A stretch of DNA of 64,000 bases from Patescibacteria group bacterium (GTDB lineage: Bacteria; Patescibacteriota; Patescibacteriia; Patescibacteriales; JBAZCA01). The position numbers and the translations under genes are program-made. This document shows, in pieces, positions 27,454-36,684 of the stretch. How positions within the stretch are numbered: position 1 is the stretch's first letter; the number at the start of each line of letters is the position of its first letter. The notes beneath the pieces are model-generated. The model made no database searches, had not been told where the DNA came from, and saw only the letters and a list, made by a program, of their open reading frames with translations. The DNA lies in NCBI GenBank assembly GCA_041661405.1, contig JBAZUL010000006.1, positions 1,681-65,680 on the forward strand, in the 5' to 3' direction.

Positions 27454-29049
27454 ATGAAAAATTATAAGGAGGGGGAAGCCTTTACCAAATCAAAAATTTT
27501 ATTGGCAGGCTGTCTTAGCTTTATTGCCGGAGTGGGACTGGCTTCTTTTTTACCGGCCGGACTTTTAGTGAAAGACTTATGGTTTTTTAGCGGATCCCTA
27601 GTCAGCGCGATTTTACTCATAACTCTCAGGGGTTTTAAAAAAGAAAGTAAATTATTCAGGGCCATGACCCTGATTTTTTTGTTTTTTACCTTTTTATTTT
27701 TAGGAATCTGGCGGTATTCCGTTAGCCTGCCGAAAGATTATCCGGATCAGATTTGGCGCTATAACGGAGAAAAGGTAAAAGTTATAGGAAGAGTGGCGGA
27801 CGAGGCTGATACTCGGGAGGCGAACAGAAAGCTAAAAATTGAGGCTGAATATCTCGTAATAAACGCCGAAGGTGAAAAGCAAAACCGGGAAATAAAAATG
27901 CCGGTTAAGGGAAAAATTCTTACGACCGTAAACCTTTATCCGGAATACGGTTTTAGGGATCGGTTGGAACTCTCCTGCGAATTAAAAAAACCTGAACCTG
28001 TTGAAGATTTTTCCTATGACCGCTATCTTTCGCGCTATGATATTTATTCGCTTTGCTATTACCCGGAAATAAAATTTTTGGAAAAAGAAAATTTCGGAGG
28101 TTTTTCCGTTGGCCGGTTTTATGAAGAAGTGCTTAGAGTGAGAAAGGGGATAAAATCGGTTATTGACCGCGGCATGGGCGATCCGGAAAGCTCCATCGCC
28201 CAGGCCATAACTTTCGGCCTTAGAAATTATCTTCCGCAGGAATTAAAAGACGCGTTTTCTCAGACCGGCCTTACCCATATCATGGCGGTTTCCGGCGCGA
28301 ACATCAGTATCCTTACAATGATTGTCATGAATTCCCTTATGGCGCTCGGCGCGAAACGGAAACTGGCCTTTCGGATAACCGCGGCCTGGATAATTTTTTT
28401 CGTCATCCTCGTCGCCGCTCCGGCCTCGGCCGTGCGAGCCGGGGTGATGGGCTTTATTGTCCTTTGGGCGTTAAATCTCGGGCGGTTAAATAAGACTATT
28501 GGCGCGATACTCCTCGCCGCCGGCATCATGCTTTTTTTTAATCCTAAAATTCTCCGGGACGACCTCGGCTTTCAGCTATCTTTCCTCGCGACTCTGAGCC
28601 TTGTTTATTTTTATCCGATTTTCAGCGCCTGGCTCGCGCGCCGGGAAAAGTTAAGCCGCGTCCCGAAAATTATCAGCGAGACGCTTCTTATTACTCTCGC
28701 CGCCCAGGTTTTGACTTTGCCGGTTTTGGTTTTTAATTTTCATTTTATTTCGCTTTCCGCGCCGCTCGCGAACCTTTTAGCGCTTTGGGCCATACTGCCC
28801 ATTACTTTTTTTACTTTTTTCGGCCTGATTTTTTCTTTACTCTTTAGCGGACATGAAAATATTATATTTTTTCCGGCCTGGGCTTTTGTTAAGTATCTGG
28901 TAATACTCGCGAAGAATTTAGCCGACCTGCCTTTTTCCCATCCAAAAACCGGGTATATTAGCGGCTATGTTTTTCTTATATATTATTTAATTTTAGCCAT
29001 TTATTTAAAACGCCGGAAAAATGAGCCGATTTCTATTGACTTCTCATGA
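27454..29049 (+). CDS. comEC: DNA internalisation competence protein ComEC/Rec2 (no beta-lactamase domain)
   Basis: Polytopic membrane protein. GLTHIMAVSGANISIL competence-domain motif. ATG 27454 preferred. Confidence 0.85.
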   Translation: MKNYKEGEAFTKSKILLAGCLSFIAGVGLASFLPAGLLVKDLWFFSGSLVSAILLITLRGFKKESKLFRAMTLIFLFFTFLFLGIWRYSVSLPKDYPDQIWRYNGEKVKVIGRVADEADTREANRKLKIEAEYLVINAEGEKQNREIKMPVKGKILTTVNLYPEYGFRDRLELSCELKKPEPVEDFSYDRYLSRYDIYSLCYYPEIKFLEKENFGGFSVGRFYEEVLRVRKGIKSVIDRGMGDPESSIAQAITFGLRNYLPQELKDAFSQTGLTHIMAVSGANISILTMIVMNSLMALGAKRKLAFRITAAWIIFFVILVAAPASAVRAGVMGFIVLWALNLGRLNKTIGAILLAAGIMLFFNPKILRDDLGFQLSFLATLSLVYFYPIFSAWLARREKLSRVPKIISETLLITLAAQVLTLPVLVFNFHFISLSAPLANLLALWAILPITFFTFFGLIFSLLFSGHENIIFFPAWAFVKYLVILAKNLADLPFSHPKTGYISGYVFLIYYLILAIYLKRRKNEPISIDFS

Positions 29050-29166
29050 ATTTTGTGTCATATTAGACACACTCTAAATACGGTCATCCCCATTGCATTG
29101 ATGGCGCAAGCTCGCCCATCATAATTAATTAACGCGTAAAATCCCGATGGGGAAAATTTTTATCGT

Positions 29167-30396
29167 ATGGAATCCGTAAAAATAAACATAAACAACCTCG
29201 GCGAAATCAAACCAGCGGAAATAATTAATGAATTGCTTTCCCGGCTAAAAGAGCGGGAAAGGGATATTATTATTCGTCGGCACGGCCTTAGCGGATCGGA
29301 AAAGGAAATTTTGGAAGGAATCGGCAAAGCCCATAACCTTACCCGGGAAAGGGTCAGGCAGATTGAATCTGTCGGCCTCAAAAAAATCCGGGAGGCGAGG
29401 GAAAAAGAGATATTGTCCAAAATCAGAAAATTGATCCAGGAGCTTATAGAAAGCCACGGCGGAATCATGGAAAAGGAACATCTTTTTGAAGTGCTTTCGC
29501 ATTACGGATTGGACGGAGCGATTGATTCGGATCGGGCGGTTTTCAGGAATTTTTACAACTTCCTCATTTTAAAGGTGCTTGACGGCTTTACCGAAGTCAG
29601 CAAGTCGGATGAATTTTTAAACCATATAAAAATGGCCGGCAAGGAAACCGGCCATCTTGACGGACTCGTCCGCGCCATTAAAAAGGCTATCGCGGATAAA
29701 GGAAAAATTCTTACCACCAAAGAGCTTTTTGACGTCGCCGAAGAGGCGGCTCGGGAGCTTGGGATTACAATCGTTAATTCCGAAGATTTGGATCTGAGCC
29801 GTTATTATGAAAAGCATTTTTCCAGCGACGAACCAAAAGTATTAACGGAAAAGAAGTCCCTCTTTTCGGTAATCAGAGCCGCCAAAACCATCAGCCAAAA
29901 TGTTTTCGGCCATTGGGGGCTTTCCAACTGGCCGGAAATCAAACCGAAGAATTTAAACGAAAAAATTTACTTGGTTCTAAAAAATCATGGCAAGCCGCTC
30001 CATTTTTCCGATATCGCCAAAAAAATTGACGATGTGCTTTTTGACCGCCCGCCTGCCGTCCGCCTGCCGGACAATCAGGGACGGGCAGTAAAAAAAACCA
30101 ACGTGGCTTCGGCCCATAACGAACTGATTCTTGATAATAAATTCGTTTTAGTGGGGAGGGGCATGTACGGACTTTCCGAATGGGGATTAAAAGAAGGCAC
30201 GGTCGCCGAAATTATTATGGAAATCATGAAATCGGCCGGCTCTCCTTTAACCAGGGAAGACGTGATTGAACGGGTGCTCCGGGAGAGGATGGTAAAGAAA
30301 ACCACCATCGCCCTGGCCCTGTCCGATAAAGAGAAATTTGAGAGAAGCGGCAATGCTTTTTTCATCAAAGCCGATAATGTTGAAGCAACCGGATAG
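29167..30396 (+). CDS. Sigma-70 region-4-like HTH protein with C-terminal winged-helix (HARE-HTH-like) domains
   Basis: ERDIIIRRHGL...LEGIGKAHNLTRERVRQIESVGLKKIR resembles sigma region 4. The C-terminal assignment is a guess. Confidence 0.5.
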   Translation: MESVKININNLGEIKPAEIINELLSRLKERERDIIIRRHGLSGSEKEILEGIGKAHNLTRERVRQIESVGLKKIREAREKEILSKIRKLIQELIESHGGIMEKEHLFEVLSHYGLDGAIDSDRAVFRNFYNFLILKVLDGFTEVSKSDEFLNHIKMAGKETGHLDGLVRAIKKAIADKGKILTTKELFDVAEEAARELGITIVNSEDLDLSRYYEKHFSSDEPKVLTEKKSLFSVIRAAKTISQNVFGHWGLSNWPEIKPKNLNEKIYLVLKNHGKPLHFSDIAKKIDDVLFDRPPAVRLPDNQGRAVKKTNVASAHNELILDNKFVLVGRGMYGLSEWGLKEGTVAEIIMEIMKSAGSPLTREDVIERVLRERMVKKTTIALALSDKEKFERSGNAFFIKADNVEATG

Positions 30397-30424
30397 CTTA
30401 CCGGAAATAAACGATAAACACGAC

Positions 30425-30447
30425 ACCCCGTTAACGCGGGGTTTTTG
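30425..30447 (+). terminator. Putative intrinsic terminator
   Basis: accccg ttaacg cggggt followed by ttttt. Confidence 0.6.
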
Positions 30448-30482
30448 TTTATTCCGGCGAATTATGGTAAAATAATTATTGA

Positions 30483-30534
30483 ATAGAAATAAGAAAATAG
30501 TAAATAGAAAATAGAAAAAAATAGAAATTCTATT
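30483..30534 (+). repeat. ATAGAAA heptamer array ending in a palindrome (aatagaaAttctatt)
   Basis: atagaaa at 30483, 30504, 30511 and 30521, plus atagtaa at 30497. The inverted copy ttctatt is at 30528..30534. An extended -10-like TGgTAAAAT lies at 30465..30473. Confidence 0.8.
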
Positions 30535-30565
30535 CTCTATTTTGTGCCCTCTGTTTACTAATAAT

Positions 30566-32110
30566 ATGGATGTAGTTATTAACATAACTCCAATTCTTGA
30601 ATTTACCCGGCTTCCGGCCGATCAGATGTTTTTAAGCGTCTTTTTTACGGTGGGCTGGCTGCCGCTTTTCATCCTTTATTTATACGCGGCCAGGATACTA
30701 TGGCTCTATTATATTCAGATGAAATGGGGAGGAAAACAGAAATACGTTTTTCTTGCCATTGACGTTCCGCGCGGCAACGAGCAGTCGCCCAAAGCGGTGG
30801 AAAATATTTTTTCCTACCTCGCCGGCGGGCACATGACCATTAATTTCTTTGAAAGATGGTGGCTTGGCGAGTGGCAGGTGCGTTTTTCCCTTGAAGTCGT
30901 TTCCATTGAAGGCTATATTCAGTATATCATCCGGAGTCCGATTAAATACCGCGACTTAACCGAAGCGGCGGTTTATTCCCAGTATCCGGACGCGGAAATC
31001 ACCGAAATAAACGACTATTCCAAAGATCCGTCCTTGCCGGAGCGTTTTCCGAACGAGAATTGGGACTTAAACGGCGGGGAATTTACTTACACCAACCCCA
31101 TGGCTTTTCCAATTAAGACTTATCGCCAGTTTGAAGTCCAGAGCCCGGGAGAAGACGAGGCGATTTTTAAAGATCCGAACGCGGCCTTGATGGCGCTTTT
31201 ATCCAGCCTCGGACCGGGCGAGCAGATCTGGTATCAGATACTTATCCAGCCTATCGGCTTTGACTGGATGGGCATGGCGGACGACGAGATAAAAAAAATA
31301 TTCGGCGAGGCGGTGAACGGTAAAAAAGGCATTTTTGAAAATCTGGCCGACATGTTCCTGCAGATGCTTCATGATTTAAGCGAGGCGATTTATGAGCTTT
31401 GGGGCGATATTAAGGACGAGGAAAAAAAGACGGAAGAAAAAAAACCAAAGACCATGATAGAGCTGAATCCGGCGGAAAAGAAAAAAGTTGAGGCTATTCA
31501 GGAGAAGGTTTCCAAGGTTGCCTTTAACGTAAAAATCAGATATATTTATCTCGCCCGAAAAGAAGTGTTTAACAAGGGCAAAGCTTTCGGCGGTTTTGTC
31601 GGTTATATGAAACAGTTCATTGACCTGGATCTAAACTCCCTGAAGCCGGATATGGAGCAGACCGTAACCCGGGCGCATTATTTTTATATTGAATCGCGGA
31701 GAAATTCTAAAAAAAATAACATATACGGGGGATACCGCGGCCGGGACGGAGTAATCGGCAAACTTCCCGTAATCATGAACGTGGAAGAACTGGCTACGCT
31801 CTGGCACTTCCCGCTTGAGAGCGCCGTAAAAGTTCCGCTCCTGCAGAAAGCGCCGGGACGCAAAGCCGAAGCGCCGATGAGCCTGCCGGTTCCGGCCGAA
31901 GCCCGGGACGAAGAATTATCCGATTTTTTCGTTGATATCCGGCCGTCTTTTGTTTCCTCTTCCGCGAAGGCGGTAAAAGGCGACGGCGAGGAGGAAAAGC
32001 CGGAATTGTTTGAAACAGGCGGCGAGCGGCCAAAAGCGCGACAGGCTGGCGAGTTTTCCGGCCAGAAGCGGCCCGATGGCCATGCGCCGGAGAATCTGCC
32101 GTTTGTATAA
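30566..32110 (+). CDS. Hypothetical two-TM membrane protein, partner of the T4CP-like ATPase
   Basis: N-terminal hydrophobic helices followed by a large soluble domain. The stop lies 8 nt before the next gene. ATG 30566 is preferred to GTG 30542. Confidence 0.5.
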   Translation: MDVVINITPILEFTRLPADQMFLSVFFTVGWLPLFILYLYAARILWLYYIQMKWGGKQKYVFLAIDVPRGNEQSPKAVENIFSYLAGGHMTINFFERWWLGEWQVRFSLEVVSIEGYIQYIIRSPIKYRDLTEAAVYSQYPDAEITEINDYSKDPSLPERFPNENWDLNGGEFTYTNPMAFPIKTYRQFEVQSPGEDEAIFKDPNAALMALLSSLGPGEQIWYQILIQPIGFDWMGMADDEIKKIFGEAVNGKKGIFENLADMFLQMLHDLSEAIYELWGDIKDEEKKTEEKKPKTMIELNPAEKKKVEAIQEKVSKVAFNVKIRYIYLARKEVFNKGKAFGGFVGYMKQFIDLDLNSLKPDMEQTVTRAHYFYIESRRNSKKNNIYGGYRGRDGVIGKLPVIMNVEELATLWHFPLESAVKVPLLQKAPGRKAEAPMSLPVPAEARDEELSDFFVDIRPSFVSSSAKAVKGDGEEEKPELFETGGERPKARQAGEFSGQKRPDGHAPENLPFV

Positions 32111-32118
32111 TTAAAATT

Positions 32119-34272
32119 ATGAATAACGACATAACATTATTCGGCATAACCACGTTCCGCAATAAGAACCGCGTTTTCGGCATCAAGCTTGATGACCGGC
32201 GGCGGCATATGTATGTTATCGGGAAGACTGGAATGGGAAAATCCACCCTTTTGGAAAACATGATTGTCGGCGACATCCGGGCCGGCCGGGGAGTGGCGGT
32301 CGTTGATCCGCACGGCGACCTGGCGGAAAAGGTTATTGACTTTATTCCGAGCGATCGGATTAATGATGTCATTTATTTTAATCCATCCGACATGGAATAC
32401 CCGATTGCTTTCAATATCCTTGAACGGGTGGAGCCGCATTTAAGGCATCTTGTCGCTTCGGGACTCATCGGAGTTTTTCAGAAACTCTGGGCCGATTCCT
32501 GGGGGCCGCGGCTGGAATATATATTAAGGAATACTATTCTGGCGGTTTTGGACTATCCCGGGGCGACCCTTTTAGCCGTCACCCGGATGCTTTCTGATAA
32601 AGATTTTCGGAAAAAGGTAGTGGATAAAACCCTGGATCCGGTAGTGAAAACTTTTTGGACCAAGGAGTTCGCCGGTTACGCCGACAAGTTCGCGTCAGAA
32701 GCGGTTTCGCCGATCCAGAACAAAGTCGGCCAATTTTTATCCAGTTCGCTCATAAGAAATATTATCGGCCAGGTCAAGTCTTCCATTGATGTCCGAAAAG
32801 TCATGGACGAAGGAAAAATACTGATCATGAACCTTTCCAAAGGCCGTATTGGCGAAGATAATTCGGCTTTGCTCGGCAGTATGATGATTACAAAAATCCA
32901 GCTGGCGGCCATGAGCCGGGTTGACGTTCCGGAAACCGAACGCCATGATTTTTACCTTTACGTTGACGAATTCCAGAATTTCGCCACTGACAGCTTTGCC
33001 AATATTTTATCCGAAGCCCGGAAGTACCACCTTAATCTCATCATGGGCCACCAATACGTTGAACAGTTAGGCGACGTTGTCAAAGCCGCGGTTTTCGGCA
33101 ACGTCGGGACTTTGGTCGTTTTCCGCATCGGCGCCACTGACGCCGAAGAGTTGGTTAAGGAATTTACCCCGACTTTTACCGAAGAAGATCTTGTTAACCT
33201 GCCAAAATACGAAATGTATTTAAAATTGATGATTGACGGAGTGTCTTCAGATCCTTTTTCCGCCCGGGGCCTGCCGCCGATCGGCGAAGAGGTAAAAACC
33301 GGTAGCGCCGGAAAAGTAATCAGGGTTTCCCGTGAGCGCTATGCCAGGAAAAAAGACGAAGTTGAGGAGAAAATAATGAAATGGCACGCCATTGACGAGC
33401 CCATAAATAAGGCGGAGAGGGCCGGAGCCAGAAACGCTCCGTCTGGGTTCGGAAAGAATTCGTCCGCCGGGAAAAATATATCCGCTGAACCCGCCAGTCG
33501 GCGGAACGCCGGGAAAGGAAAAGAGGGCGGGAAAAAATCCCCGCCTCTCCCGAGGGGCGGGAACGCGGGAGGAGAATCATCTTCCACCTTCCTTGGCGCT
33601 GAAACCGTTAAAAATATGAAAATTGCGGACGATAAGCCCCGTCCGCCGTCCGCCGCGTTTCGCCAGCCAACGGACATGACGGATAAGCCGGAGAAAAGGC
33701 CGCTCGTTATTTCTTCCCACGAAGTTTTAGAAAATGACAAAACTGTCCAGGATAAGCCCCGTCCCGAACCGCTCGGGATTTCACCGGACAAGCCGAAAGG
33801 GGGCGAGGCGTATAAGTATGACGCGGTTTGCTCCCGCTGTTCCAGCGCGGCCAAAATTTCATTCCCGCCGGACGGCATCCGGCCGGTTTTTTGCAAAAAC
33901 TGTCTCGTGGAAATAAAAAAGGAAAAAATAAGTGAGATGGAGGAACGGAAAAAAGAGAAGCGGAAAGAACTGGAAAAACTTGAAAAAAGAGAAGCGGAAA
34001 AAAGAGAAGCATTGTCCGGCCGACGAACGATAACCGATAATAGCGGTACTGCCGGCAGATCAGCTTTTGGGGAAAGAAATGTATCGGGCGGAACTGAGGC
34101 CGAAACCGGAAAAAAAAGCCTCTTTACCAATAAAGAATTTGACAAAGACTGGAGAGAAATTTCCTTAAGCGAACTTGCCAATTTAGTTCCGGCAAGATTC
34201 GGGAATCATAAAAAGGAAAACGGCAAAGGGGCGAAAAAAATGATCCCCGGGGAGTCTGTTAAGATCGGATAA
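32119..34272 (+). CDS. VirD4/TraD-like (type IV coupling protein-like) P-loop ATPase with C-terminal zinc ribbon
   Basis: Walker A GKTGMGKST and Walker B FYLYVDEFQNF. K/E/P-rich linker with DKPRP repeats. C-terminal CSRC-x18-CKNC. Confidence 0.7.
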   Translation: MNNDITLFGITTFRNKNRVFGIKLDDRRRHMYVIGKTGMGKSTLLENMIVGDIRAGRGVAVVDPHGDLAEKVIDFIPSDRINDVIYFNPSDMEYPIAFNILERVEPHLRHLVASGLIGVFQKLWADSWGPRLEYILRNTILAVLDYPGATLLAVTRMLSDKDFRKKVVDKTLDPVVKTFWTKEFAGYADKFASEAVSPIQNKVGQFLSSSLIRNIIGQVKSSIDVRKVMDEGKILIMNLSKGRIGEDNSALLGSMMITKIQLAAMSRVDVPETERHDFYLYVDEFQNFATDSFANILSEARKYHLNLIMGHQYVEQLGDVVKAAVFGNVGTLVVFRIGATDAEELVKEFTPTFTEEDLVNLPKYEMYLKLMIDGVSSDPFSARGLPPIGEEVKTGSAGKVIRVSRERYARKKDEVEEKIMKWHAIDEPINKAERAGARNAPSGFGKNSSAGKNISAEPASRRNAGKGKEGGKKSPPLPRGGNAGGESSSTFLGAETVKNMKIADDKPRPPSAAFRQPTDMTDKPEKRPLVISSHEVLENDKTVQDKPRPEPLGISPDKPKGGEAYKYDAVCSRCSSAAKISFPPDGIRPVFCKNCLVEIKKEKISEMEERKKEKRKELEKLEKREAEKREALSGRRTITDNSGTAGRSAFGERNVSGGTEAETGKKSLFTNKEFDKDWREISLSELANLVPARFGNHKKENGKGAKKMIPGESVKIG

Positions 34273-34307
34273 TTTAGTTTCTAGTAATAATTATTTCTCA
34301 TTAAAAT

Positions 34308-35060
34308 ATGCGTTTTAAAGTAAGCTTGCATACCCACACCAAAGAGGATGTTTCAGATGGGCACGCGATAAATTATAATGTTTATGAACTTATTGACCGG
34401 GCAGAAGAGCTCGGATTTGATGTTTTAGGGCTTACCTGCCACCGGAAATTCGTTTATAAGGAAGAACATGGCGAATACGCCCGGAGAAAAGGAATAACGC
34501 TTATACCGGGAATAGAATTGGCATTGAATTTTTTTCTCCGCCAAAACCATGTCCTCGTATTAAACTGCGATAAGTCGGCCGAGGAAGTAAAAAGTTTTGC
34601 CGGGCTGTCCCGCTACAAAAAAGACAATCCTCATGTTTTTGTGATCGCTCCTCATCCGGCCTCGGCCTCGGGAATCCTCGGCTCAATCGGCAGAAAAAAA
34701 TTGAAAAAATTTATTCATATTTTTGACGCGGTTGAACATTGCTGGCTTTATACCGCCCGGGTTAATCAAAACGCTAAAGCCGAAGAAATTGCCAGGGGGC
34801 GCGGCCTTCCCTTTATCGCCACTTCCGATATTCATACCATGAAGTATTTTAATACCGACTACCTTATGGTGGACTCGCCTGACAGGGAAGCAGCCTCGGT
34901 TTTTGCCGCTATCCGGGACGGAAAATATATAAGTTGCACCCGGCCCAAAAGATTGTTAAGCGTCGCTCTCATGCTCTCAGCTTTTTATCTTATATACATG
35001 TTAAAAATTCCTTTGAAATTTTACCGCCAAAAGACGCTGAAAGTCTCGGCTCACGAATAA
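34308..35060 (+). CDS. PHP-domain phosphoesterase
   Basis: The N-terminal SLHTHTKEDVSDGH histidine cluster is typical of PHP. A C-terminal hydrophobic helix is present. Confidence 0.6.
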   Translation: MRFKVSLHTHTKEDVSDGHAINYNVYELIDRAEELGFDVLGLTCHRKFVYKEEHGEYARRKGITLIPGIELALNFFLRQNHVLVLNCDKSAEEVKSFAGLSRYKKDNPHVFVIAPHPASASGILGSIGRKKLKKFIHIFDAVEHCWLYTARVNQNAKAEEIARGRGLPFIATSDIHTMKYFNTDYLMVDSPDREAASVFAAIRDGKYISCTRPKRLLSVALMLSAFYLIYMLKIPLKFYRQKTLKVSAHE

Positions 35061-35126
35061 CAGAATATATTTTTCGCGAAATATGAAATAGATCTAAGTA
35101 CGAAATTTGGTATTTTCCGTTAAACC

Positions 35127-36656
35127 ATGGAAAAATCGGATTATTTAAAAATAGGCAAGGCCACCGATCTCATCGGATCTGACCGGAAGCTTTACCGGGC
35201 TTTTGAGATGCTGCCGGGCATCCTTTCCTGGGCAACCCTTTTCGGGCTGGTGTTATTCTCTTTTCTAAAGCCGGTCTGGGTGGCTTATTTCATTATCGCC
35301 TTTGACGTTTACTGGCTGCTTCTTGTTGTTTATCTTGGCATCCATCTTTTTGTTTCTTACCGGAAAATGAAAGAAAATCTCCGGATTGACTGGGAAGCCC
35401 GGTGCCGGGTTTTGCGGGGCTGGGACGAGATTTACCACCTTATCATACTGCCCACTTATAATGAGTCTTACGAAGTCATCCGTCCGAGCATTGAGGCGCT
35501 TCTAAAGGATGGTTATCCGCGCGAAAGAATGATCGTGGTTTTAGCCATTGAAGAGCGGGAAGGGCTTGCGGGCGAGGAAAAAGCCCGGCGGCTGGAAAAA
35601 GAGTTCGGAAGTTCTTTTAGGAGATTCCTCGTTACCCGCCATCCGGACGGCATTCCCGGCGAGCTGAAAGGCAAAGGCGCCAACCAGTCGTTCGCCGCCC
35701 GGGAAGCCAAGGAAAAAATTATTGACCGGGAAAAAATTGATTATGATAAAATTCTCGTAAGCGTTTTTGACATTGACACTATTATTTATCAGGGGTATTT
35801 TTACCGGCTGACGCACGCTTTTTTGACTGTCCCCGATCCTTACCGCGCGAGCTATCAGCCCATACCGCTTTACCATAACAATGTCTGGCGGGCGCCTTTT
35901 TTCGCCCGGGTGGCGGCTTCGTCCAATACTTTTTGGCAGATGATGCAACAGGTGCGGCAGGAAAAACTCGCGACCTATTCTTCCCATTCCATGACCTGGC
36001 GGGCGCTTTATGAAATGGGATTCTGGTCAACCAACATGGTTTCCGAAGACTCGCGCATTTTTTGGCACGGCTTTTGCCATTATAACGGGAATTACCGGGT
36101 AGAGCCGCTTTACTTTCCTTTATCCATGGATGTCACCATGGATAAAAGCCCGATCGCGACCATGAAAAGCCTTTACCTCCAGCAGCGGCGCTGGGGCTGG
36201 GGGGTGGAAAACGTTCCGTATCTCTGTTTTAACTTCATTAAGAATTTTAAAACCGCTCCTAAGGGCAAATATTTTGGCCGGATTTTCGTCCAGCTTTATG
36301 GTTTTCATTCCTGGGCGACGAACGCCCTCATCATCGGCGTTATCGGCTGGCTGCCGGTTTTGATCGGCGGCCATGATTTTAACGCCATGGTCATATCTTC
36401 CAATCTGCCTTTTGTCACCCGGATGCTCATGACTTTCGCCATGATTGGCCTCGTTTTTTCCGCAGTCATCTCCACCTTGCTTCTCCCGTCGCGCCCCGCG
36501 AACGCGGGGTTCGGCAAAAGTCTGGCCATGTTTTTACAGTGGTTGGTTCTGCCGGTTAGTATTATTGTTTTCGGTTCCATCCCGGGCATAGAAGCCCAGA
36601 CCCGCTTGGCGCTCGGGAAATATCTCGGATTTTCCGTAACGCCGAAGGAGAGGTAG
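35127..36656 (+). CDS. Membrane-embedded family-2 glycosyltransferase (processive, cellulose-synthase-like)
   Basis: ILPTYNES, QQRRWGWG (Q(Q/R)xRW), and flanking TM helices. Confidence 0.75.
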   Translation: MEKSDYLKIGKATDLIGSDRKLYRAFEMLPGILSWATLFGLVLFSFLKPVWVAYFIIAFDVYWLLLVVYLGIHLFVSYRKMKENLRIDWEARCRVLRGWDEIYHLIILPTYNESYEVIRPSIEALLKDGYPRERMIVVLAIEEREGLAGEEKARRLEKEFGSSFRRFLVTRHPDGIPGELKGKGANQSFAAREAKEKIIDREKIDYDKILVSVFDIDTIIYQGYFYRLTHAFLTVPDPYRASYQPIPLYHNNVWRAPFFARVAASSNTFWQMMQQVRQEKLATYSSHSMTWRALYEMGFWSTNMVSEDSRIFWHGFCHYNGNYRVEPLYFPLSMDVTMDKSPIATMKSLYLQQRRWGWGVENVPYLCFNFIKNFKTAPKGKYFGRIFVQLYGFHSWATNALIIGVIGWLPVLIGGHDFNAMVISSNLPFVTRMLMTFAMIGLVFSAVISTLLLPSRPANAGFGKSLAMFLQWLVLPVSIIVFGSIPGIEAQTRLALGKYLGFSVTPKER

Positions 36657-36684
36657 GGGGGTGATGAAATAGATGTAAAATGTA

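Noticed and set aside
33339-34181. 280-aa minus-strand ORF, plus 33707..34012 and 33320..33580
   Set aside because: They are antisense to the low-complexity K/E/P-rich tail of the T4CP-like gene. The S/F/L-rich translation is typical of shadow ORFs.
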